A DNA stretch of 63,127 nt, filler included, from Dugesia japonica (lineage: Eukaryota): assembly GCA_001938525.1 (NCBI GenBank). It is 5 parts of 5 records of this genome, joined end to end, with 100 filler letters (N's around TTAATTAATTAA, not from the genome) between each part and the next. Parts side by side here need not be neighbours in the genome. Positions count along the whole stretch, not along the records: positions 19,552 to 29,995 come from MQRL01614504.1; positions 30,096 to 41,362 come from MQRL01616854.1; 3 more parts are not named here. One strand, 5' to 3'. How positions within the stretch are numbered: position 1 is the first letter of the stretch; each line of letters begins with the position of its first letter. The translations under genes were made by a program, and so were the position numbers. The notes below the pieces were generated by a model. That model was not told the DNA's origin and did not search any database. It saw nothing but the letters and a program-made list of their open reading frames with translations. Of this stretch, positions 22,565 through 37,707 are shown in pieces.

Positions 22565-25500
22565 TGTTGGGGTTCCATCTAAGTAGCTCAATTTTAAGTT
22601 ATGTCAGGAGTAGGCTGACCTAGTAAAAATCTCAAGAAGAATTTAATCTAGTGTGTATATTTTAGATCTTCAGAATGGAGTCGGTGACTCGTAACCCGTA
22701 GTTTGAGTGTATGCTCGCATTCCTTTGGTTTTGGTCACCACTTCATAATACTCGCTTTAATGAGGTACACTTAACCATTATTGCTTTATTAGTCATTGTC
22801 AATGGTGACAGCTTTTCCATATTTTAGTCGTGCAACTATATCCAGCTATTATTACTCGCGTCCTTACCACATCCTTCATAGTTTATAATTTTGTGAGTTG
22901 GAAAAAACAGAAAATCAAGCCTCTTGTTCATAATTCATTACAATGCTGATTATCGTTTTATTATCATGGACAAGTGTTGGCATCAAGCCATACTCATACG
23001 CTATCCTTATTATCAACATCATCATTAACTATATTCAAGTTAGTTATATACCGCCATTAATTATTATCAGTACCACTTATTATGCAATCTTATTATCGCT
23101 TATCACCTACATTAACTATTAATATTATTTCTCACAGTTGTCATTAATATTATTAATATTATTATTAATATTAATATTATTATTATTATTAATATTAATA
23201 ATATTATTAGTAATATTAATATTATTAATATTATTCTTGAGGTTTATCTAAGTGGGTTGATTTTTTTTGTCATTAAGTCTAGGTTGGTCGGCTTAGTAAA
23301 ATCCCATGAAAAATTTAATCTGGAGTCTTCAATAATCCAGATCTTCGGAATGGAGCCGTTGACTCGGAATCCGAGTACAGACTCGCATTCCTTTAATTTG
23401 AGTTCATATTTCATGATACTTGCTTGATTCTCCAGATAGTCTTAATCCCTTTTGTCTAATAGTCAATGGTGTCAGTGTTTCGCATTGTATGTCTATGTCT
23501 AATCAATGTTTCTTAATATCTATACTCGTTATAATGAGTGGGATTTGAGCATATGATCGAGTAGTTAAAGTGATAATTCATGTGGTTAACTTTAAAGGTC
23601 ATTAGAGAAAGTTAATTGCCATGTGAGCTTAGTATTATCCTTAGGCTCAGATTTTATAACAAAAATCATCAATATACATCCTCGTAGTTAATTAAATATT
23701 ATCAATAATCTGTAATTTATATCAGAACGACTTGTCACTAAGTACATTATTAAATAACCTCCCCCGTTCGCGCCTAATTTTATCATTATTTTGAGTTAAT
23801 AACACTCCACGGGAGGCCCTGCTTACTAGAAAGGAAAAGTTAATCTAGTTGAAAAATCTCTGTTTTAATTTATCATGAGTGGAGAACCATAATATTTAGT
23901 TGTTTTTAGTATGAACGTTTTTAATTTATCATTTTACTTAGTTGCTAAAAAATGAGTTAATTTTAGCTCTAATTACTGGTGTAAGTTTAATAAAAGAATT
24001 TAAATAAAAGAAAATTGCATTAAATAAACAAAATACGGTTATGGAAAGTTATATTATTGTTAGTTCCATCAGTTACACATTAAATTAAAATTACATCAAT
24101 AAAACAAAACTAACATGCATAGTGCATAGGGATCGTTTCATTTGTTACTTCTTCAACCAATCTTCTGTAGATCCTTCTGAATCGGAAATCGTTGTAGGAA
24201 TCAGTTAACTAGAGATTACCTTTAAGTTATAATTTCCCAGTTGAATTTGCTTTACGTTTGTTTTCAGAATTATTTGGATTCAAAACTGACATTAACTAGC
24301 GTATGGTTTAAATTTTGCTTCCGAATATTTTTTATGAGTAACTTTCGTCTGAAATTGAAACGATTATTATACTGTTTTCTCTTTACACTCAGTTCATCTT
24401 ATTGGTTACTGCGCATCGTATGATTTTTCTAACATTTCTTTTGGCTTGATCGTTACATGAGTTCTTCTTATTGGTTGGTATTTTTGGGATTCCAAAATTA
24501 TTGCTCAATCTTCAAACCCTTGTATCTTCTTTCCTAGTCTTGTTATAATTTTTTAACTTGGATTTTCGAAATTTTTTTACCATAATTTTCGTAATTGCTA
24601 ATTTTTCCACCATAGGAAGTCGACATTTTTGCCATATTTTCATAAAATATTTAATTTTCTTTTAAAAATAAATCATTTTAATTCGTATGATTTATTTTAT
24701 TTAAATAAATAAATTACTTATTTTATTTTCTTCTTAATTATTAATTATATGTTCATTTCTTTGTTTTTTCTGATCTAAATTTAATTTAATTTCGCTGTTT
24801 TCTTCTACTAATTAATTCATCTAATTTATTTTCTGTAAGTTCATTATTCATTTCCTGCAACTTTTTTTCTTCCGTTATTAATTGACCTTTCTTTGTTCTC
24901 TTAGTCTGTTTGTGTCTTCCAACATTTCTTTTCTCCTTTTGTGACTCTATAGGTTGCGGATTATCTCCCATATTTAGTTCCTTAATTTCGGTTTTTTCTT
25001 CAATTATTCCTTTCGGTAACTTGGTCTGACTTCTTCTTTTGTCTTCGTTTTCTTTCTTGTGACATTCTTTCGACTTTCGGGTTTGCTTATCGCTAGTTTA
25101 TTTTCTATTTTTCGGTGTTTCACCCCAACATTATTATTACCACTATCATTATCATCATCATTATTATCATTATCATCATTTTTTAGTCTTATCGTTATTA
25201 TTATTGTCTTTAAAAATTACAAATTGCCCCTGAAGATTATTTATTACTGATTACTTCAACAAGGAACAGTGGTTTTATTATTACCTTATTACTATTTTCG
25301 TAACGCCTTGATTTTAAAATTAAAAATCATTATTATTGATCATTATGAATTGAAATTAATGAAATATTAATTAAATATTACTACAACGATTCATTACTAC
25401 AAATTTTAATTAACCATGTTAACCATTAATCAATATTAGTATTTGCAAATTATTATTAATTTATTATTGTTTAATTATAAATATTTCCAATAATTAAATT

Positions 25501-26564
25501 CATTACAATTAAGCAAAAAGAATTCATTAATGAAAGTTATATTAATAATAGTTACTAAAATTCATCGGTTACTATATAATTGATAATTTACACAACTAAT
25601 CAAAACTAACGCGAACTGCATTACGATTTGGAGCAAGCACAGCTCGATTAGAAAATCTCATTGGTAATTTCCCTCACTTTGATTACTCATCAACTCTAGA
25701 ATTTTTTCTCTTCATTTGCACACTAGCGTAATTGGTGTTTCATTTTAATTGAATAAATAAATAGTACACAGTATATTGTTTATCCATTACACACCCCCTC
25801 GTAATTTTTATTAGATTCTTGTAGCCCTGCATATTCCATTCATAGATTTCTGGGTCGGAAACCGTTGCAAGAATTTTCTTCAATTAATTACCTTTTATTA
25901 GTAATTCAATTAATTAATTCGATTGATTTTTTGATTGATCTCTTCTGAAATTTTTCAAAAGTATATATACCAGTTTTCTGGTACGCCTCCATTCTTTCTA
26001 TTAGTTAATAAGCATTGCTCGATTTTTCTATCGGTCTTATTGGCTGAATTATTCAAGTTCTATCAACTGAGTTCTTTTCATTGGTCAATATTTTGGAATT
26101 CCAAAACTGCTGGAATACAATTGGCTAATCTTAAAACCCTTGTTATTACTTTCCTGATCGAGATGTGATTTTTAAGCCTTTCGGAATTCACGACACTTTC
26201 TTGGCTATAATTTTACTTAATAGAAAGTCTTCGTTTTCTTCTATTTTCGTATAAATTTAATTTCTTTTTTATAATAACTCATTTTAATGTGCATGATTTA
26301 TTTTATTTAATAAATTAATTATTTATTTTTCTTTTCTTCTTTGATTTCCTCATTTCCAAGTTGTTTCTTTTTTTGTTTCAAGATTTTACTGGTCATTTCA
26401 TGTTTTAATTCCCTAATCTTGGTTTTTCTTTAATTACTTCTTTCTTTAACTGATCTTTGACTTCCTATTTTCTGGATTCTTCATTTTTCTTTCTTTTATT
26501 TTCCTTTTCGATTTTGTCCTTATCGCTATTATTATTTACCTATACTAGGTGTTATGCCCCAAAA
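22565..26564 (+). mobile_element. Outer LTR-like element (TGTTGGGG...GCCCCAAAA) containing a nested relative
   Basis: Has inverted termini. 25530-26564 aligns by eye with 24040-25130. Confidence 0.6.
23235..25130 (+). mobile_element. Inner nested copy of the same LTR-like family, ending GGTGTTTCACCCCAACA
   Basis: The start resembles 22565-22760. Flanked by AAT/ATT-rich tracts. Confidence 0.6.
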
Positions 26565-27147
26565 ATATTATTATTTATGATATTGATAATTATAATAAAT
26601 AATAACCTTATCTACACTCTTAATATAAAGAATTGTTTGGAGTCAGAAATAATTGTGTTAGTTTCTTAGCTCACGGAATCTAACACTAATAATAATAATA
26701 GATATTTGATCTTAAAATGACAAAATGAAATTGATTTGTGGTTTTAAGTTCTTGTGAAAACAAATATTGTATGTTAGTTTTTTCTAAATTAGATTTTATC
26801 TCTTCCTTGATATCTAGCAAACTCATCATAAATATGATATAATAATATACAAATTCTGAAGACTAATTGCTTAAAATATATTTATCAATAATAAACAAAT
26901 TTACAATTTCAAAAAGATTTACACTAACAATATACTTTTACCTTTTGGTATTAACTGAATTAACGCAGAACGATGTTAGCGTAACATATAAGCACCAAAT
27001 AAATGTGAATTGTTTAAACAAAGCATTTTTCAATAAAAACGAAATTAATAGGTTTTAACAAAATACTTTTTTCAAATTTTCCCTATCTTANNNNNNNNNN
27101 NNNNNNNNNNNNNNNNNNNNNNNNNNNNNNNNNNNNNNNNNNNNNNN

Positions 27148-29311
<2,164 letters not shown>

Positions 29312-30149
29312 TGTAAATTTAAATGTTAATAATTAATACAAATAAATAAATTTGAAGTCGTATTATTTGGATTTTTGCAAATCGTTGTTTAGCTAATATT
29401 TTAATTAATTGAGTAATTATTTATTAAAATATAATAAGCAGAAATATATATTTACAAATTTCTTATTAGAATATAACTAAATTATCTTCGAAGTCAAGTA
29501 TGATTTGTAGATAATGAAAATAAATTGCTTAAATAATACTGAGATTAATTTAATAGTTGTGTTAGATCTTGTGGGTAGAAATAACAATTAACTATTTAAT
29601 CTGACTCCAAATTTTTAACAAGAAAATTATATGCGCGTAAGNNNNNNNATTATAATAATTGAATATGATAATAACAATAAAATAACTAAGAGAACACGTT
29701 ATCTTATATAAAAACTTTATTTCAATAAATCAAATATATATATAAATAAACCAAAATTTATAAAATTTACAATAAATAGCAAGGCGACTGATTTTACGGA
29801 TTGAGCAAAACCGCTCCTATATAATTTTTATTGAAGGATAAATACCGTTATTACAATACCGTCAATTACCATCAATTCAAGATGTGTATTTTAATTGATT
29901 TTTTAACAAACCACAGATAATAAATCAGTGCTTGAACCACTGTATTATTATCTGACAAAATTCAAAAATTTTAAAAGAAACAAATAATAATCTAANNNNN
30001 NNNNNNNNNNNNNNNNNNNNNNNNNNNNNNNNNNNNNNNTTAATTAATTAANNNNNNNNNNNNNNNNNNNNNNNNNNNNNNNNNNNNNNNNNNNNCTTAA
30101 TCTCAGTTATTAATTCAATTTGTTGAAATTAAAAATAATTAATTAAAGC

Positions 30150-30640
30150 TTTAATTTCTTAGTGCCACATGAGGCCTGGTATTGTCTTGCAGAAGAATTA
30201 TCATGTTTCTTTATCACATGGAATGGTCATTTCTTAACCAACTGTTAATTCAACTACCTCGTGTCTATTGAATTGCGAAAAGGAAATGGTGAGTCGGTTG
30301 GCCAGACCCTTCCTGGATAATTTATTAGGAACCCATTTTTTTTCAAAGTTTTTTCTAACTGATGCAAGCATCGAATTACGGTTCACTGATTAACGTGTAA
30401 TCTTCACACGAATTCTTCACTAACGCTTCTAAGTGATCAGAATTCATCTCAAGTAACACCCCGATACGCTCCTTATCTTTTACATCAAAATAGTCACTTC
30501 TAAAACGTCTAAACCACTCATTACATGAATGTTCATTTATTGTTTCAAATGATTATGGTTACTTTGTCGGCTCTTATGCTCTGATTTAATAAAAAAAAGC
30601 ATGCAATGACATATATGCATCGTATTAACTTCCATTTATA
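30150..30640 (-). pseudogene. Internally deleted mariner remnant
   Basis: Reads MEVNTMHICHCML..., CNEWFRRFRSDYFDVKDKER and IILLQDNTRPHVA. Confidence 0.7.
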
Positions 30641-30981
30641 TTATAGTAATTAGGAATCCGGTTTTAATTATTTATCAATAATTAATCAAATATTAATCAA
30701 TAATGGGTTAACTATACTATAATTCATTATGTCATATATATTTTTAAAATCTTAGCGTCAATCACAAATGGTTTTAATACAAAACTTTTTATTACATATT
30801 TTCTTTTGCTAATTAANNNNNNNNNNNNNNNNNNNNNNNNNNNNNNNNNNNNNNNNNNNNNNNNNNNNNNNNNNNNNNNNNNNNNNNNGTTTAATTAAAT
30901 TGAATAATTAATTAAAGCGTAACTTTAAATCTATGTTTTATAAATTAATTTCAGATTATTATAGAATGCACAAAAGATAAA

Positions 30982-31936
30982 ATGTATTTCTTAATTGAAA
31001 CTATTAGACGTAACAACACGAGGCCTTGTGAGGTTTATGAGATCCTTCATAGACCATGGCCGCGGGAATATATAAGTGTTATTCAAATTAGAAGACTTTT
31101 GAGACAAATTCTTACAGGAGAAAGACAAACTTTTCAGCGCCAGAAAGGAAATGTAAGAAGAAAAAGCGAGTAACGTTTACTTAACATTGATAATGTTAAA
31201 AGGTGTATAGAAGAATATTGTAGTATGACTATTGAAGAAATATCCGAATATTTGCAAATAGCCCGTTACCTCATGTTCTTCCAGATTGCAACAAAGCTCT
31301 TCGTATTGAATGATGTAATGAATTAATTGATCTAATACAAAAAAGGTTGTGTTGACTAAATCTTGCAACTGTTGACGAAAAGTTTTTTTATTGCCAAAGA
31401 ATTAAAGAAACTAACAAAATTGATACTTGGTTAACCAAAGAAGCTGTTGCTAGTTTTTATGGTCCTTCTCAGACTCCTGTCAGATCAACAATGGAAAAGT
31501 ACATGGTTATTTATGCTATATCACAAAGGGGGTACCATTACTTTTTAATATTAGAACGGAATGAAACGATCAATGGTGAGAGATATCAAATTTCTTCAAA
31601 ATCTCATTAAATTTCTTCAATAAGAACATCAAAAGTTTCGCCCACAAAATATGTATCTCATGCATGACAACGCTCGATAATGCTCACAATACTTTTGAAT
31701 TCTTACACTCAAAAAAATAAAACTTCTTCGTCAACCTCGCTATTCACCAGATATATAAATATTTCTGTAAATTATCTTTTTAAAAGACTGGAGAGAAAAC
31801 TTTTAAAAGTACAGATTTTAAACATATTGATGAAATAAGAACATTTCTAAACAGTGAGCTACCAAAATTCACAAATATTCGTATGGGTAAACTATTGGAT
31901 GCATCTATTGAAACAATGAAGAAAATTATTGAGGCT
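30982..31936 (+). pseudogene. Divergent mariner-like transposase remnant
   Basis: HTH-like N-terminus followed by TVDEK, MHDNAR and RQPRYSPD motifs. Confidence 0.7.
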
Positions 31937-33675
31937 NNNNNNNNNNNNNNNNNNNNNNNNNNNNNNNNNNNNNNNNNNTTTTTATAATACAGATTTAAAG
32001 TTATGTTTATCTTTTGAATTAATTAAACAAATACATTTAATTTAAAATATTTTTCGAAATTTTAAAACGATCACATTTTTTGATATAGCAAATATTTAGA
32101 ATTAAAGATGATGATAAATCAATGATATTTAATTAGCCATTAATTCAATTTGCATGTAGGATTTGAAACATTAAGCTACATTTTTCGTTGATAAATAATT
32201 ATTTAATTATCATTTTTATGATTGGATAAAAATAATTTTCAAGAAGTTTATCAGTAGTAAGGTTTTTAACTATTTTTCCTTTGATTTTAATTCTTTATCT
32301 CAAGGACAAATAAAATATTGAAAATGTTGTCAATAAAGCATTCTAGACAGATCAATATTCGTGTGAAAAGGAAAAAGGAAAAAAGTAATTTATTATTTAG
32401 TTTCTAATGTTTCTTTAAGTGATTGTGATTCATTTCAGTTTTTGCATGTNTTGATGAAGAATTTTCCCTTAAATTTTAACTGGAGCACATCATGTTTCAT
32501 GTTGAAATAAAGAGAAAAAAAGATTTTAATAAATCAACAATTTCTTGCGATCAATATTTTCTTTTGTATTTTTTTTAAAAATTATTTTACTACTCCTAGT
32601 CGAGTAGCGATTTATTATTTCCATATTATCCTTTCGTAATTAAACAATAAACCATTTGTATTTTCTTATTTTTACTTTTGCTAACAAAATATTTGTAAAA
32701 TTATCTTTTTTTATTAAATTAATTAATTTTAATTGATTTAATCAATTAATTTTAAACAATAATTGGGAATTTAAAATAAAATATTTTTTCTAATTGATAA
32801 TTTTACTTATTTTTTATTATATGAACAAATTAATTTAAGTAATTTAATTAATTAATTTTTAGTACTTTTTAATTTTCTGCCAGGAACACCTATGAGAAGC
32901 TAGAAAAAACAATGAGTGTAAATAAACATGACTAAATGTAATTGAACCAATTTCAGTTCAAATTATTACAACCCAAGAAACCGCTGACTCGCTGATAGCA
33001 CACATTTAATTGATTATTAAGCTATGGAAGATCATATATCAAATGGAATTCAGTTGTTGGTGCCATGCAGATTACAAATATAAAAATAATTCAATAGTAC
33101 CAAATTGTTTGTTTCTTTTTTAAAAATATTTCTAGTTGCTGAAATTAAAATGGTTTTTTATTATTAACCCTTACAAGATCTTCAATAGTCAAGAATATAA
33201 AATGTTTTAATATCACATATGTTACTAAATCTTTTAAATACATTTAGTACTACTTTATGTGGAAATTGATTTAGCTGGAAATGTGAATGTTCTGAAATTT
33301 TTGATATTTGTATATTCACTAGTTGTATTTTATCCGTACCGTTGGAAATGAACTCTGAGATTTGAAGAGATTGGAAAACTTTTATTTTACTACTAGAATT
33401 GGATTTTTTAAAATTTTTTATGACACACTGCAATTAAAGATCTGATCTTGATTTCCTCAAGTCAAGCTGTTAGCTTCTAAAAATGACTTCCAATCGATAT
33501 TTTAAAAGAATTTGTGGTTCTAAAAAAATCATTATTTTTGTTTTAATTTTAAAATTCAATAAATTCTTATTTTTACTACAAAATCGTATTTCTCACATAT
33601 GGACGACCAGTATTTTCTTTATTTTGAATTACGTATATTATTTTTTTAATATCTTTTAGTGCGAAGAAGACATTT

Positions 33676-33826
33676 TTTAACCACTAGATTTATTTTAATT
33701 AAAGTGGTCATGGGTGGTCACCAAATGTCCACTGGTGTACAAGCGGTCCCCAAGTAAAACATGTCTTGTGCCCACCCGGAATGTTTTTAGCGGAGTGACC
33801 CACTGGTCACGTCTTTAACATGTTAA
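33676..33826. mobile_element. Possible piggyBac-type MITE end
   Basis: GC island with repeated GTGGTCAC/GTGACCCAC, ending AACATG-TTAA. TTAACCCTT occurs at ~33165. Confidence 0.3.
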
Positions 33827-34848
33827 TCAGCAACATAATTTTGTGATAAAAATAGAAAAAACATTTAATAAAACAAATATTGCACACAATTTACAGAAAA
33901 TTTGTTATTAACGTTTTTTTATAAAATAATAAAAAAATTCAAAAATATCATTAAATTAACAAATTTTAAAAATATTTAATCAATTATATTTATAAATAAA
34001 TATTAGGGAAAAAATCAAATTGAAACTTTAAAACAAAACTCGGAATTTTTGATAATAAATTTTCATGGATTAATAATAATTTAAATAGCATATATTTGTT
34101 TGAATTAATGGGCATATAAATTATTCTGCTTGAGTATTTAATTGGACTAATGTTATATTTATATTGAATAAATAAAATTTAAAATGAGATTGTTTACATT
34201 TATTTCATACATAACTCATTGTAAAAACATATTTATCAACAAAAAAAAATCCATATATCATTTCCGGTATGTATTTACCCTAATTTATTGACTTTTCAGT
34301 TACTATGAAACATTATATTAAAAAGGTTATTCATAAAAAATCAAAAAAAATCGATATAAATTAAATAGATTACGTAATAATTAAAGTAATAATTACTTAT
34401 TTTAAATAGAAAAACTGACGGTTTTTATTGGCATGATTGGATAAATTATATACTCATGTAGAGAGGATATAGTGGTCAGTTTTCAATGTTGTATAATATT
34501 ATTAGACATCATACACACATGCGCATTTAACATGCATAAAATATTTAAGAAAAGACGATAGGGGTCCTTTTAATTATATGGACAGCATTTGATTGGAGGA
34601 GCTACATTTTACTTTACAGGATCAGCTGTGTATGTTTCAACACTAGAATAGTAACACGCATACAGACACACAATCACAATGACCGCAACTTGCTGGGCAG
34701 TGGTCGAAAGACACTAACGAACTCAAGCAATGGTATAGCATGCTCAATAGAGTGGCTGTATGATATGATATATAGAGCGCCAGTTTAACCGTTATTATTT
34801 TGACCATTTGCTCTTAAATATAATAAACCAAGCTTTGATGAACCTTTT

Positions 34849-34944
34849 ATGACTTCGTTAGATATTTTCAGTAATTATTCAGATGTGTTAGCGCATTGGA
34901 AGAATCAGAATCAATTAACTTCAAGTGACGATCATCAGAAAATG
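34849..34944 (+). CDS. Probable first coding exon of the zinc-finger gene
   Basis: ATG-initiated 32 codons (MTSLDIFSNYSDVLAHWKNQNQLTSSDDHQKM) followed by a GTAAGA donor. Phase 0 matches the acceptor at 37707/37708. Confidence 0.65.
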
Positions 34945-37707
34945 GTAAGATCGAGTTTTATCCATATAATTTTTAAAAATATGTTTTCCAATTCATAAGT
35001 AGTATTATTTTTTTAAAAAAAATTCACCGAAATTAAGTTTTTCTATGAAAATTATTTTTTATCAATCGATCAAATCATAATAAATCTTATTTTTTAAATC
35101 TTNNNNNNNNNNNNNNNNNNNNNNNNNNNNNNNNNNNNTTTTTTATATTTTTAGATTAATTATTTTTAAAAAAATGTCCATTTACATTAGACTTATACAA
35201 ATCCGTTTTTGGTGTTTCTTCTTTTTTTCTCTTATATTTGTTTAAAATTATGTCCAGGAACAAATATTCTAAATATAATAATAATGTTTATCCAGTAAAG
35301 AGGATAGTTGTGATTTAATTAGAACTCGTATTTGTTTAGAGCTGAGATTATTGAGTGTTGGTATTGGGAGATTATTATACTTTGGTCAGTATGATGTTTG
35401 TTCAGCCTCCAACAGAGAATAGAGCAGTGTATTTTCAACTGTGTAAACGCACCAAACTCGGACATTGGTAGCTATCGAATTACTTAACTATCAATTACTA
35501 TTTCTCATTAACTATTTAACATTATCTTACTTCTTTTACCATAGGAAAATTTATTTTTTATTCCAATTATAAATTTCTAGTTGAATTAATTTTTTCGCAT
35601 TTTTTTAAAAATAATAATCATTAATTAATTAACAANNNNNNNNNNNNNNNNNNNNNNNNNNNNNNNNNNNNNNNNNNNNNNNNNNNNNNNNNNNNNNNNN
35701 NNNNNNNNNNNNNNNNNNNNNNAAAAATTAATCAATCAATATTGAATTATAAAATTAATTTTAATTAATTTTCTAAGGAGTATTGATTTATTTTTACAAT
35801 TCTATAATTATTAGTTACCAACGTAATTAATTTAACTACTTGCTCGTTTCGCTACTGCTACTTTTTTTTAATGCTGATGATGTTACCAATATTACTAGTA
35901 GTACTAGTATATGAGTAGTAGATACAGCTTCACGCATTATGCGGGTTCTACTAATACCGTACGTTGATTAAAGTTTCTTTCCCAGCATTGTACAACACTA
36001 GTATTGTTGGTTATTAGAATCGGTATGCTAGGCAGTGAAGAGTTCATTATTATCATTCTTAATTGAGGCGAGAAAATACATATGTAGCGTCCTGCATCTC
36101 TTTAAACTACCGATCGATGACTGAAGAGGACCAGTGGTCAGCGCCAGTCTTTTTAGTGTGCATTATCGGCACTTCGAGTCCACGGTCATGTGCGTGTTCA
36201 GATATGCATGCTATCCATATGATCTGTTGAGTTTGTATGTTAGAACCGGTTGTTATCAAGCATCTTAGGGGAGGGAAGCAGTGCTCTGTAATGCATAATT
36301 GATGAGTACATATGTCAAACACACCTTTTATTCGGCACACCTATGCAAAGAAAACTGTGATAATGTTAATACAAATACTATATCACACATCGCACTCGGA
36401 ATCAATCTGCTGATTATCGTCGTAATAGATTAAAGTTTTTTTCCAGTACTTGATAAACTTTTACTGATTTTTCTCTAAGTAGTCCAACCAAGTCTTTGTT
36501 CTGAGTTCTCTGGGGACTAACACAATGAGACATGATGCTTCTAAAACTGATAAGTTCTCTCTGACTCACTTTACCTTCGATTTTTAGTGAAATTGTCCTA
36601 TCGTATTCCATTGATGAGTTGTTGTTGTTGTAATGAAACTCCTCCTTGCGATTGCTGATGCTTATTGGATTAGCAATGCAAAAATCACTGTGATTTATTT
36701 TAAATACTTATTACTCTGACTAAGCAGCTCAATTCCTAAGCAATACTAATATTAATTATTATTACTATTTATTAATTATTAATAATAATGAATAGAGAAT
36801 TTTTTTTCAAAAAAAAANNNNNNNNNNNNNNNNNNNNNNNNNNNNNNNNNNNNNNNNNNNNNNNNNNNNNNNNNNNNNNNNNNNNNNNNNNNNNNNNNNN
36901 NNNNNNNNNNNNNNNNNNNNNNNNNNNNNNNNNNNNNNNNNNNNNNNNNNNNNNNNNNNNNNNNNNNNNNNNNNNNNNNNNNNNNNNNAAAAAAAAATAA
37001 TGAATTTTAATTTAGAAATACAAGAAAGTGAGTAATTATTGAAAAGATCAAAAATAAATAGACAAACTGATTCATCACACATAAGGGTATAAATATCGCT
37101 TCTACATTTTCTCTATATCGGAATGATACTTGGATAACTCGGTTTAATTGGAAAATACACATGCGATTCATGATGGAATCAGTAGATGATATACCAGAAC
37201 TGATAAGTACTTTAATTGCCAGCAAATTGATTACATTTTTTTTTCTATTAAGTCTTTGTAATTATTTCCATTGAAAGAAAAAAATTGAAAATTTCTCTAC
37301 TTCAATCTCTTTTCCATCTAACACTTATCACAGTTCTATCGGCGGGATCAAACGTTCTTAAAACACTGGAAAATCTTTATTCAAATTACCAAATGATTGA
37401 ATTTAAATACACATATTTATTTATTTATTTATTTATTTTTATAAGAAATACATAATTTAAACAAAAAAAGAAAATAGAGAAACATATTTTAATCGATTAA
37501 AAAAAANNNNNNNNNNNNNNNNNNNNNNNNNNNNNNNNNNNNNNNNNNNNNNNNNNNNNNNNNNNNNNNNNNNNNNNNNNNNNNNNNNNNNNNNNNNNNN
37601 NNNNNNNNNNNNNNNNNNNNNNNNNNNNNNNNNNNNNNNNNNNNNNNNNNNNNNNNNNNNNNNNNNNNNNNNNNNNNNNNNNNNNNNATATTTTTATATT
37701 TATTTAG

